The notes under the pieces are model-generated. The model was not told the origin of the DNA. It was given only the letters and a program-made list of their open reading frames with translations, and did not search any database. DNA of 64,000 nt from Eledone cirrhosa (taxonomy: Eukaryota), in the NCBI GenBank assembly GCA_964016885.1, contig OZ024765.1, positions 16,740,001 through 16,804,000 of the forward strand, read 5' to 3'. Of this stretch, positions 14,142 to 25,300 are shown piece after piece. Each line of letters opens with the position of its first letter. Position 1 is the stretch's first letter. Both the position numbers and the translations under genes were made by a program.

Positions 14142-15390
14142 CAGGGTGTGGACGATATTTGTTCGCAATTTTCAACTGCTAATGTTATGCCAATTTTTTT
14201 TACTTCCGTTGTCACTCTTGTCTTTATAAAAACAGTGACTATATTTCCATTATTTATTTTCAGAATAATTGATTATGAATAATTTTGAACCTCCGCCGTG
14301 AGGACAAATAAGGAAATTTCAGACTTTCTCTGCGTCAGCAGGAGAATGGTGGAAAAGGTCAGAAAGGAATTGGAAGATTCAGGATTCGACTACGAAGCAA
14401 CATCAGAGAGGAAAACACATGATCGACGATCTGACGCCTTCAGAACGCCCGAGTTCGTCGCTGAAGTTCAGGATATCATCAACAATGAACCTAGCAAGGC
14501 AATACATGCCATTGTAAGAGAGCAAGGCGTGGATGAAAAGCTCATTAGGCTGGTGGTACATGAAGACATTCACTACGTTTCATACAAGATGAGGAAAGGA
14601 GAATTTCTGTCAAAGGCGATGCAAGAAAAGCGACTGAAGCAAGCAAAGAAGCTGATCAACAAGTTGAAACACCCACTGGAGCCAGACATGCTGTGGTTTT
14701 TCTCCGACAAGAAAAACTTCTGCCAAGACCAGAAGATCAACTCCCAGAACAACAGGTGGCTCGCTGTCTCATCCAAGGACATGCCCAGAGTCATGCAGAC
14801 AAAGTTTCCAGCGACAACTTAGGTGTCGTCAGCAGTCAAGGTGACATCATGCCACCTCACTTCTTCCCTGGGGGCCTCAAGCTGAACACCGATGGCTACA
14901 TCCGCATTCTGAGCGAGGTAGTAAAGCCCTGGATTGACCTGGTAGCTGCAGGTAGGCCGTATGTGTGGCAGCAAGACTCAGCGCCCTGCCATACCAGCCG
15001 AAAGACCCAAGCCTGGCTGTCAGAGAACTTCATCGACCACACTTCACCTGACATCTGGCCTCCCAGCTCGCCTGAATGAAACCCACTCGACTTCTGTTTG
15101 TGGGGCGCAGTGGGACGAGACACCAACAGATCTAGCTGCAATACGAAAGATGATCTGAAGGCCAGGATCACAAGTGCCTTCAGGGGCCTAAGTCAGGAAA
15201 GCCTGTAGCCGGTTCTGAGGCCACCCTGAGACCATCATCAAAGCCAATGGCGGGTTTATCGAGTGAGATCAAAAGAATAAGTTATGAAGACAAACTGACC
15301 CAAGTTTGATAAATATATCTTAAAAAATAAAACTACTGTGTTATTTTTTCCTAAACAGTAATCTTGCGAACAAATATCATCCGGACCCTG
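14142..15390 (+). mobile_element. Tc1/mariner superfamily DNA transposon, DD37D (maT/Bmmar1-type), full length
   Basis: 27-bp TIRs with 3 mismatches (cagggtgtggacgatatttgttcgcaa / ttgcgaacaaatatcatccggaccctg), TA on both sides and an internal transposase. Confidence 0.93.
14298..15266 (+). pseudogene. DD37D transposase pseudogene
   Basis: Motifs WFFSDKKNF, WQQDSAPCH and WPPSSPE*NPLDF, with 37 residues between the 2nd and 3rd D. C-terminus IIKANGGFIE*. Frameshift near 14820, in-frame stop at 15077 and the start codon is missing. Confidence 0.9.
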
Positions 15391-15394
15391 TATT

Positions 15395-15570
15395 TATAGA
15401 ATTGAGTTGGTAAAAACCAGTTATACCATTACTCATCAGTGTACTCGATATTTGGTGTAGTAGAATGGGTTATATGAAAAATTCTGGACCCTCACAGCTG
15501 AGCTCCTGCCATATCAATAGCTATTGATACAGCAGGAGATCACCTGTCGGGGTCCAGAATTTTTCTTATA
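15395..15570 (-). mobile_element. Diverged 'palindrome + tail' element (same family as 42324 and 59446)
   Basis: Palindrome 15471-15570 centred on aatagctatt. The minus-strand tail acccattctactacaccaaatatcgagtacactgatgagtaatggt matches accccactctactaccctaagtattgagtactctggtgcgttatggt. Confidence 0.7.
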
Positions 15571-15624
15571 TATATATATGTATATAACTAACAAATAGTT
15601 TATCGCTCTACATGGCTGAATGCA

Positions 15625-15798
15625 ATAAATGTCATCTGAGTTTTTCGAATATTGATGATAATCGATTTGTTTGCAATTATGCCAACAGCCTCTTTAAACC
15701 CATGTCCATAGAATGACCTGGGCATTCTTTCTCTTGTGTTGGCATGCAACCGAATCGAATATTATTATTAATATTCGAAAAACTCAGATTACATTTAT
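15625..15798. repeat. Inverted repeat with spacer
   Basis: ataaatgtcatctgagtttttcgaatattga...tgccaaca / tgttggca...ttaatattcgaaaaactcagattacatttat. Confidence 0.8.
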
Positions 15799-15800
15799 AT

Positions 15801-17250
15801 CATCATCATCATCATTTTACGTCCGCTTTTCCCTGCTTGCAAGGGTGGGACGGGTCTTATTCAGCACAGCATCTCTCCACTCGTCACGGTCCCTCGTCAT
15901 CTCCACCGTGAGCTTCAATGATCTGAGGTCTGTTCTCACCACCTCCGCCCATGTTTTTCGTGGTCTACCTCTACCACGTCTTCCTTCAACTGGCATTTCC
16001 TGGCACTTCTTCACCCATCGGTCATCCTCCATGCGCATCACATGTCCATACCACCTCAGTCTCCTCTCCCGTACACTACATTCTATCCCTCTCAGACACA
16101 GTTTCTCTCTCAACACATTTATGCTGGGTCGTTCACGCACATTTACACTGCACATCCAACGGAGCATGCTTGCCTCATTTCTCTCCAGCCGTCGCATATC
16201 TTCTGCGGTAGCTGCCCATGTCTCACTACCATGCAGCATCACGCTCCTCACACAGGCATCATACAACCGGCCTTTCGTACGCAGGGAGAAACCCTTCTTC
16301 GTCAACAGAGGAAGCAGCTCCCTAAACTTCTTCCAACCCGTCCTTATTCTAGATACTATGGCCTCGGAACACCCTCCTCCCATGCTAATCTGATCTCCTA
16401 GGTACCGGAAGCTATCCACCACTTCTATAGCGCCCTCTCGCATTTGAAAAATGTGTCTATCAGTGCGACTTCTACTGTCTAATTTCCCTGTACATCTACT
16501 GCATACATAGTTCTCCCTACCTGTTAGTTTGCCTGCTATCCCGCTACATCTCTTGTGTACCCAGGACCTACATTGTGTGCATTTTATAGAATTTATGCCA
16601 GTTCCTTTTCTGCATATCGAACATGGCCATTTCCCTGACGGAATCAGGGTTTTGTCCTCTTTTCTACTCATCAACACTTTTGTCTTAGCTAGATTTACTC
16701 TCAGTCCTCTTGCTTCCAACTCCTGTTTCCATAGCCGGAATTTATTCTCTAGCTCCTCTACTGATTCTGCCATAAGAGCCAGATCGTCAGCATAGAGAAG
16801 TTCCCATGGACAGCCAGTCTTAAACTCCTCTGTTATGGCTTGGAGGACTATAATGAACAAGAGCGGGCTGAGGACCGAACCCTGATGTACTCCTACTTGT
16901 ATCTGGAATTCCTCACTAAACTCCATTCCTACCCTGACTTTACTGAGAGTACCTCTGTACAAAGTTTGCACTGTCCTTACAAGCCATTCCTCAACACCCA
17001 GCTTCCTTAGGGACCACCAGATGACAGATCGGGGTACCCTATCAAAGGCCTTCTCTAGGTCAACAAAGGCTAAGTATAGTGGCTTATTCTTCTCTAAGAA
17101 CCTCTCTTGCATTTGTCTCACCAAGAAGAGGGCATCTGTTGTACTCTTCCCAGGCACAAAACCAAACTGCATCTCATCTAGTTTGACCCTTTCTCTAATT
17201 AGTTGTGCTAAAATCCTTTCTGCCACTTTCATAACCTGATCTATCAGTTT
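15801..17250 (-). mobile_element. Young 5'-truncated RTE LINE with (GAT)n tail
   Basis: The ORF runs to a stop immediately before the (atg)n tail. tttatat is present at both junctions (15794-15800 and 17249-17255) as a possible TSD or microhomology. Confidence 0.95.
15817..17250 (-). CDS. Partial RTE ORF2: reverse transcriptase, PHD-like zinc finger and C-terminal domain (endonuclease missing)
   Basis: QFGF, AFVDLEKAFDRV, GVHQGSVLSPLLF, LLYADDL, FRYLG, RRLRWYGHV and GRGRPRKTW, with no internal stops over about 477 codons. The first ~20 aa of the track ORF come from flanking DNA. Confidence 0.92.
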   Translation of the reverse strand, partial: KLIDQVMKVAERILAQLIRERVKLDEMQFGFVPGKSTTDALFLVRQMQERFLEKNKPLYLAFVDLEKAFDRVPRSVIWWSLRKLGVEEWLVRTVQTLYRGTLSKVRVGMEFSEEFQIQVGVHQGSVLSPLLFIIVLQAITEEFKTGCPWELLYADDLALMAESVEELENKFRLWKQELEARGLRVNLAKTKVLMSRKEDKTLIPSGKWPCSICRKGTGINSIKCTQCRSWVHKRCSGIAGKLTGRENYVCSRCTGKLDSRSRTDRHIFQMREGAIEVVDSFRYLGDQISMGGGCSEAIVSRIRTGWKKFRELLPLLTKKGFSLRTKGRLYDACVRSVMLHGSETWAATAEDMRRLERNEASMLRWMCSVNVRERPSINVLREKLCLRGIECSVRERRLRWYGHVMRMEDDRWVKKCQEMPVEGRRGRGRPRKTWAEVVRTDLRSLKLTVEMTRDRDEWRDAVLNKTRPTLASREKRT

Positions 17251-17308
17251 TATATATATAATTGGTGTTGGGTGCTTAAAGCGTCCGTATGCAGTAGGCC
17301 GTTTGAGC

Positions 17309-17495
17309 AATCAATGTTGCGACGAATGGAATTTATTGGACATATTACAATCGTTTCTCTGGCGACCAGCTTGAGGCACGATCGATTTGATGATCGAACC
17401 CGACTCTGAAAATCGCAAGGTCCTCAAATACGTCTTGATCGCCAGAGACACGATTGTAATATGTCCAATAAATTCCATTCGTCGCAACACTGATT
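17309..17495. repeat. Inverted repeat, ~57-bp arms
   Basis: aatcaatgttgcgacgaatggaatttattggacatattacaatcgtttctctggcga / tcgccagagacacgattgtaatatgtccaataaattccattcgtcgcaacactgatt. Confidence 0.92.
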
Positions 17496-17574
17496 CTCTT
17501 TTTTCTCATATATATATATGTTGATTTAAAACTGATCTATCCACAAGTGCTTTTTAACCTTCATATCATGTCTT

Positions 17575-17651
17575 CATGTTTTATCTGATGAAAACACAAA
17601 TATTATTGCATGATGATATTTGTTTTTGAAATGCGCATAATAAAATACATG
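17575..17651 (+). ncRNA. Minimal type I hammerhead ribozyme, canonical core
   Basis: Stem I catgttttat, CTGATGA (17585-91), ~15-bp stem II aaacacaaatattatt[gcat]gatgatatttgttttt, GAAA (17628-31), palindromic tgcgca, TA cleavage site, stem I' ataaaatacatg. Confidence 0.85.
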
Positions 17652-17677
17652 GAACTCTTTTAACCATCTTTTGTTCT

Positions 17678-17719
<42 letters not shown>

Positions 17720-17870
17720 GATAACAAAATATTGTTATAGATAATCCAGTTAGGGGTTGTGAATACTTATTATTATGGATAGTTTTAGCATTTAGCACTC
17801 AACAAGAGAATTACGTAGATGACGAGTTTATGATTTCACTTGTATTCCTATGTAAGTTTATCTTCGAGTA

Positions 17871-18163
17871 ATATAATTGAAAAAGTGGAGAATAACATGG
17901 TCAACAGTACAAGAAAGAGGATTTATTTGCAGTCTAACAATTGTTTCACTGATAGAGTTGTCTAAAAATTGCTGAACACTAAAAACAGTGCCACTCAATT
18001 TTAAATACGATGTTAACTCTACTAGATCATCAAAATTGAGTGGCACTGCATTTAGTGTTCAGCATTTTTAGACAACTCTATCAGTGAAACAATTGTTAGA
18101 CTGCAAATAAATCCCCTTTTTTTGTACTGTTGACCATGTTATTCTCCACTTTTTCAATTATAT
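17871..18163. repeat. Long inverted repeat, ~132-bp arms and ~29-bp loop
   Basis: Arms 17871-18002 and 18032-18163 are near-perfect reverse complements. Confidence 0.95.
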
Positions 18164-18175
18164 ATAGATAGATAT

Positions 18176-18478
18176 GTTTCTTTATTAGCCACAGGGGCAC
18201 AAAAGAAGGGGACAAATACAAAGGGGGAAGTTTACATACAATAAAAACGTGTAAAATGTTATCACAAATGCCATTAAAAAAGTTAGTCGATTTTCCCCAA
18301 TAGGGGGAGACAGTTTATATGGGTAACACACACCCCCGAAAAAATGTGAAACCCTCATCTCCAGGAGTACGAAGAGTTTGTACTCCTTTCCTCTCCTCCT
18401 CCTTTTCCTCAACCTACAGGCTGATATAGAGAGAAGGCCCATTCACTCGGGCCATTCTCGCCACTTTCACCCACCTTA
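18176..18478 (-). mobile_element. 3' end of a non-LTR retrotransposon (L1/Tx1-like), second copy
   Basis: RWVKVARMARVNGPSLYISL*. Shares ttccccaatagggggagac and tttctttatta with 5127-5445. Confidence 0.45.
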
Positions 18479-18780
18479 TAGATAGATAGATAGATAGATA
18501 AGAAAAAATTGAGGGAGTTTCATTTACATGTATATGATATTTATTGTGTATTGACTTGTGACACGTATTTTGCAGAGGATTGGCTCAAGGTCACCCATAG
18601 GAGTTATGGACCCGACTCCCTTATTGATCTGCTCTTCAGACTCATGATGTGACAACAACACACAATAAATACCATATACATGTAAACAAACTTTCCTCGT
18701 TTTTTTTCTAATATATACACTCGGCCTTTGCACAGAGTGCTTGCTTTGGTACCAACACCAGTAATTCATTGAACCACCTA

Positions 18781-18831
<51 letters not shown>

Positions 18832-18847
18832 TATATATATATATATA

Positions 18848-19445
18848 TGATGCGCATGAAAGTCGATAGCTGTATAACAAAGTGCAGGGCAATAAAGATA
18901 GACGGTAGTCACGGAATAGGCAGACCTAGAAAAACCTGGGACGAGCTGATAAACTCCGACATCACACACTTACACCTCTCCAAGACAATGTCACTGGACC
19001 GAGACCTTTGGCGGTACTCAGTAACAGAGAAGACCCGCCTTACCTAAATATATAGTAAAACCTACTCCAGCCAGTAGGCATCTCTAACAAATACACCCCG
19101 TCCCACCACCCCCACCCGATCCACACCACCCCGTTCTATGTAAAGTTATGTTGGTGCCGCGCCATGCAGGCCGAAACAAATGAGATCGTGTAGGTGTCAC
19201 GACAAAAAAACACACAGTCCACGCTGTAATGTGGCCGTGTAGGCAACACGGTAAAAACCTCCCAGACCCACACTGTAAATGTGGTTGGTGTTAGGAAGGG
19301 CATCCAACTGTAGAAAACCTGCCAGACAGTCCTATGCGAGCAAGACAATCACTCTTGCCTCAAGTGGGACTACCCCCGTCCAAACCCATGCAAGCGTGGA
19401 ACACGGACGTTAAACGCTGATGATGATGATGATGATGATGATGAT
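18848..19445 (+). mobile_element. RTE 3' fragment plus SINE-like 3'UTR and (GAT)n tail
   Basis: MMRMKVDSCITKCRAIKIDGSHGIGRPRKTWDELINSD...DRDLWR, then the shared 3' module. Confidence 0.85.
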
Positions 19446-19451
19446 ATATAT

Positions 19452-19501
<50 letters not shown>

Positions 19502-19558
19502 TCATCCTCGTTTAACGTCCACTTTCCACGCTAGCATGGGTTAGATATATATATAGTA

Positions 19559-19680
19559 AAGGCGTGTGGCTGAGTGGTTAGAGAATTGGATTCGCAATCG
19601 TAAGGTTGTGAGTTCGATTCCTGGACCAGGCGATGCGTTATGTCCTTGAGCAAGACACTTTATTTCACGTTGCTCCTTCT
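19559..19680 (+). mobile_element. SINE family B head (partial)
   Basis: ggcgtgtggctgagtggttaga (A box) ... gagttcgattcc (B box) ... ccttgagcaagacactttatttcac. Confidence 0.8.
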
Positions 19681-19951
19681 ACCTGGAGTTGCAACCGATA
19701 GATAGTATTAGCAATTGGAAAGACCGACGGAAACATTGTTCCCTCGGTCCGATTTGACGAAAGTCGATCGTTCCTAGATATATATATAATTTATGTTAAC
19801 GAGGTATCGTTTAAAGCAATCCAAGTAGCAATCATGAGTACTCTGTATCAGAGATAGTTTTAATGTTCAGCATTGTTTAACTCAACAAGAAGATCCCTTA
19901 GTTGTGGTGTACAGCTGATCCATGTTATTCTTCACTCATTTACTATATATA

Positions 19952-20351
19952 TGGAGGCACATGGTTTAGTGGTTAGAGCATGGGCCTTGCAATCGAAAGG
20001 TTGTGAGTTCAATTCTCAGACCGGGTGATGTGTTGTTTCCTTGAGCAAGACACTTTATTTCACATTGCTCCAGTTTACTAAGCTGTAGAAATGAGATGAT
20101 AGGGACTGGGATCCATATCATTCCACTGCAAAGTGGTCGTGGAGGTGCCACGGCAAAAAAGCACCCAGCCCATACTGTAAAGTGGATGTGTAGGCGCCAC
20201 GGAAAACAGCACCCAGCACTCACTGTAAATGATGTTGGTGTTAGGAAGGGCATCCAACTGTAGAAATCAAGCCAGAATCAGTTCCCGTCCCACCCTTGCT
20301 AGCAGGGAGAAAACGGACGTAAAAGAATGATGAAGATGATGATGATGATGA
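19952..20351 (+). mobile_element. Full-length tRNA-derived SINE family B with an RTE-derived 3' end
   Basis: tRNA-like head and central ccttgagcaagacact. The tail cccgtcccacccttgctagcagggagaaaacggacgtaaa+(gat)n matches the end of the LINE at 15801-15855. Confidence 0.88.
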
Positions 20352-20742
20352 TATTCCTTTTGATAAAGGAATGTGACAAGTCTAGAGAGATGTTGTACTG
20401 AGAAGGACCCATGCAACACATTCATGCAAGAATGAAACAATCTAGACACGCAATATGCAGGTGCATGTGTATATATGTAAGTATATATGTGTAAGTATAT
20501 ATATGTAAGTATATATATGCAAGTATATGTGTGAGAATGACACAAAGAATTCCATTAGGTAGCGAACATGGTAACCTAGAATTTCAATGGAATTGTTTCA
20601 GAATGGAAAACAACAACACACTACCATGCAGTACTACCCCTCACCATCCCTCTTACACACACACAAACTCACCTTCTCTCCATTCTATCTACACACATAT
20701 GTATAATTCTAGACATGAGTGTGTGTGTGTAGTATATAATTT

Positions 20743-20814
<72 letters not shown>

Positions 20815-20887
20815 ATATACACAAAGATAATATATATTTTTCTGTATATATATAGTATATAATTTATCGTGTGTGCATATATACATG

Positions 20888-20920
<33 letters not shown>

Positions 20921-21097
20921 ATAAATATAAATTATATACTATATATATAGAGGGAAAAATATATATCTTTGTGTATATTTCTATGTATATACATATATAT
21001 ATATATATGTCTATATATATGTATATACATATAAATATACAGAAAGATAATATATATTTTTCTCTCTATATATATAGTATATAATTTATATATATAT

Positions 21098-21132
<35 letters not shown>

Positions 21133-21372
21133 AAATATACATGCATATAATATATATTCACACATAATATTTGTGTTTGTGTATAAGTGTGTGGTGTGTG
21201 TGTATATATATGCATATAATATATATAAGCACACACACTTATACACAAACAAACACACAAATATATGTATATATATATTTATATATATTTATATATATAT
21301 ATAAACACACTTATGAACAAACAAACACACATATATATATATAACCACCCACCTACAAATATCATTTCCGTG

Positions 21373-21403
<31 letters not shown>

Positions 21404-21789
21404 ATGTATGCATGTGTATTCACACATATCTCACCTTCTCTGCCTATATATATATGTGTGTGTATAAATGTGTCTATATTCACGCACTTACCTTTCTTCG
21501 TGTGTGCATATATACATGTATATACATATATATATATATGTATATACACACACATATTTATACATATACATACATATATAGATATACACACATTTACACA
21601 TATGTATATATACATATACAGATATATACACATATTTACACATGTATATTTACATATATATACATTTATAGATATATACACACATATTTACACGTATATA
21701 TATATATATATATATATACATACATATTTACACATGTGTATATATATATATATACACACACATATTTATATATATATATATTCACACAC

Positions 21790-21852
<63 letters not shown>

Positions 21853-21867
21853 TATATATATATATAT

Positions 21868-22082
<215 letters not shown>

Positions 22083-22103
22083 TATATATATATATACACA
22101 CAC

Positions 22104-22134
<31 letters not shown>

Positions 22135-22349
22135 TATATATGTATAACTATGCATCTCTAAATATATCTCCTGCTCTCTCTCCCCATATCTAAATACCCC
22201 TCCCCCCCTCCCACTAGTCCACACTCTCCTAAATCACTGCACCTCCTCCAGACTACCCCCACCACCACCTCCAGACTACCCCCACCAACACCACCACCAT
22301 GCAGTTAATATTGATTACTAATATAACTATTATTGTTGTTGTTGGAGGT

Positions 22350-25300
22350 GTGGTGATAGTGTGGTGGTGGTGGTGGTGTGGTGGTGGTGTGGTGGTGGTG
22401 TGGTGGTGGTGTGGTGGTGGTGTGGTGGTGGTGTGGTGGTGTGGTTGTGGTGGTGGTGTGGTGGTAGTGTGGTGGTAGTGTGGTGGTGGTGGTGAGGTGG
22501 TGGTAGTGTGGTGGTGGTGGTGGTAGTGTGGTGGTGAGGTGGTAGTGGTGGTCGTGTGGTGGTCGTGTGGTGGTCGTGTGGTGGTCGTGTGGTGGTCGTG
22601 TGGTGGTCGTGTGGTGGTAGTGTGGTGGTAGTGTGGTGGTAGTGTGGTGGTAGTATGGTGGTAGTGTGGTGGTAGTATGGTGGTGAGGTGGTGTGGTGGT
22701 GGTGAGGTGGTGTGGTGGTAGTGTGGTGGTGGTGGTGTGGTGGTGGGGTAGGGGGGTAGTGGTGTGGTGGTGGTGTGGTGGTGGTATGGTGGTGGTATGG
22801 TGGTGGTGTGGTGGTGGTGTGGTAGTGTGGTGGTGGTGGTGGTGTGGTGGTGGTGTGGTAGTGTGGTGATATTTATGGGGGTGTAGTGTGGTACTGGTGG
22901 TGTGGTGGTAGTGTGGTGGTGGTGGTGGTGTGGTGGTGGTGTGGTGGTGGTGTGGTGGTGGTATGGTGGTGGTGTGGTGGTGGTGTGGTGGTAGTGTGGT
23001 GGTAGTGTGGTGGTAGTGTGGTGGTAGTGTGGTGGTAGTGGTATGGTGGTGGTATGGTGGTGTGGTGGTGGTGTGGTAGTGTGGTGATATTTATGGGGGT
23101 GTAGTGTGGTGCTGGTGGTGTGGTAGTGTGCTGGTGGTGTGGTAGTGTGGTATTAGTGTGGTAGTAGTGTGGTGGTATTTATGGGGGGGTGGAGGTGGTG
23201 GTGTGGAGGTGGAGGTGGTGGCTGCAGCAATGGTGCTGGTGTTGTTGGTGGTGGTGATAGTTGTGATGGCAGTGTTGGTGGTGGTTTTGTTGTGGTGTTG
23301 GTGGTAGTTTGGTGGTGTTGGTGGTAGTTTGGTGGTGGTGATTTTGTTGTGGTGGTGGTGGTTTTGTTGTGGTGGTGGTGGTTTTGTTGTGGTGGTGGTG
23401 GTTTTGTTGTGGTGGTGGTGGTTTTGTTGTGGTAGTGGTGGTTTTGTTGTGGTGGTGGTGGTTTTGTTGTGGTGGTGGTGGTTTTGTTGTGGTGGTGGTG
23501 GTTTTGTTGTGGTGGTGGTGGTGGTTTTGTTGTGGTGGTGGTGGTTTTGTTGTGGTGGTGGTGGTTTTGTTGTGGTAGTGGTGGTTTTGTTGTGGTGGTG
23601 GTGGTGGTTTTGTTGTGGTGGTGGTTTTGTTGTGGTGGTGGTGGTTTTGTTGTGGTGGTGGTGGTTTTGTTGTGGTGGTGGTGGTTTTGTTGTGGTGGTG
23701 GTGGTTTTGTTGTGGTGGTGGTGGTTTTGTTGTGGTGGTGGTGTTGTTAGTGGAAGTGGGGGTGGTGGTGGTATGTTGTATTTAGCGATAGTGGTAATGG
23801 CAGTGGTGGTGGTGGTATGATATCTGATGTTATTGTCTGAAGGTGGTGGTATGGTTGTGTGGAAGATGGTGGTATAAATGGTGAGGTTGATGGTAATGGT
23901 TTTTAGGGGGATGGTGTTGGTATGGTTGTAGGGGAATGGTGTTGGTATGGTTGTAGGGGAATGGTGTTGGTATGGTTGTAGGGGGATGGTGTTGGTATGG
24001 TTGTAGGGGGATGGTGTTGGTATGGTTGTAGGGGGATGGTGTTGGTATGGTTGTGGTGGGTGGTGGGGGTGGTATTGATGTTGATGGTGATGGTTGTAGG
24101 AGGGATGGTAGTGGTGGTGGCATTGATGGTGGTGTTGATGATAATGGTTGTAGGGAGGGTGGTAATAGTGGTGGTATTGATGGTGGTGTTGATGGTGGTG
24201 TTGATGGTAATGGTGGTGATGATAATGGTGGTGATGATAATGGTGGTGGTGGTGGTATTGATGGTGGTGTTGATGGTGGTGTTCATAATGGTTGTAGGGT
24301 GGTGGTGGTGGTGGCATTGATTGTAGGGTGGTGGTGGTAATTGTTGTAGGGAGTGTGGTAGTGGTGGTGGTGGTATTGATGTTGGTGTTGATGGTGGTGT
24401 TGATAATGGTTGGAGGGCGGCTGGTGGTGGTGGTGGTATTGATGGTGGTGTTGATGGTGGTGTTGATAATGGTTGTAGGGGGAATCATGGTGGTGGTGGT
24501 GGTATTGATGGTGGTGTTGATGGTAATGATCGTAGGTGGGATGGTAGTGGTGGTGGTGGTGATGGTAGTGGTGGTGGTGGTGGTGATGGTGGTGATGGTG
24601 GTGGTGTTGAAGGTAATGGTCGTAGGTGGGATGGTAGTGGTGGTGGTGGTGATGGTAGTGGTGGTGGTTGTGGTGGTGGTGATGGTAGTGGTGGTGGTTG
24701 TGGTGATGGTGGTGGTGGTTGTGGTGATGGTGGTGGTGTTGAAGGTAATGGTCGTAGGTGGGATGGTAGTGGTGGTAGTGGTGATGGTAGTGGTGGTGGT
24801 GGTGGTGATGGTGGTGGTGTTGAAGGTAATGGTCGTAGGTGGGATGGTAGTGGTGGTGGTGGTGATGGTGGTGGTGGTGGTGATGGTGGTGGTGTTGAAG
24901 GTAATGGTCGTAGGTGGGATGGTAGTGGTGGTGGTGGTGATGGTAGTGGTGGTGGTTGTGGTGATGGTGGTGGTATTGAAGGTAATGGTCGTAGGTGGGA
25001 TGGTAGTGGTGGTGGTGGTGATGGTGGTGGTTGTGGTGATGGTGGTGGTGTTGAAGGTAATGGTCGTAGGTGGGATGGTAGTGGTGGTAGTGGTGATGGT
25101 AGTGGTGGTGGTGGTGGTGATGGTGGTGGTGTTGAAGGTGATGGTGGTGGTGTTGAAGGTAATGGTCGTAGGTGGGATGGTAGTGGTGGTGGTGGTGATG
25201 GTGGTGGTGATGGTGGTGGTGTTGAAGGTAATGGTCGTAGGTGGGATGGTAGTGGTGGTGGTGGTGATGGTAGTGGTGGTGGTTGTGGTGATGGTGGTGG

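Noticed and set aside
17251-17310. N-terminal extension giving the RTE ORF a start
   Set aside because: It lies beyond the TA junction in flanking DNA and begins at a TTG, not an ATG.
19952-20025. tRNA genes in SINE heads
   Set aside because: A/B boxes are present, but the sequence continues into the SINE body with no clean cloverleaf or terminator.
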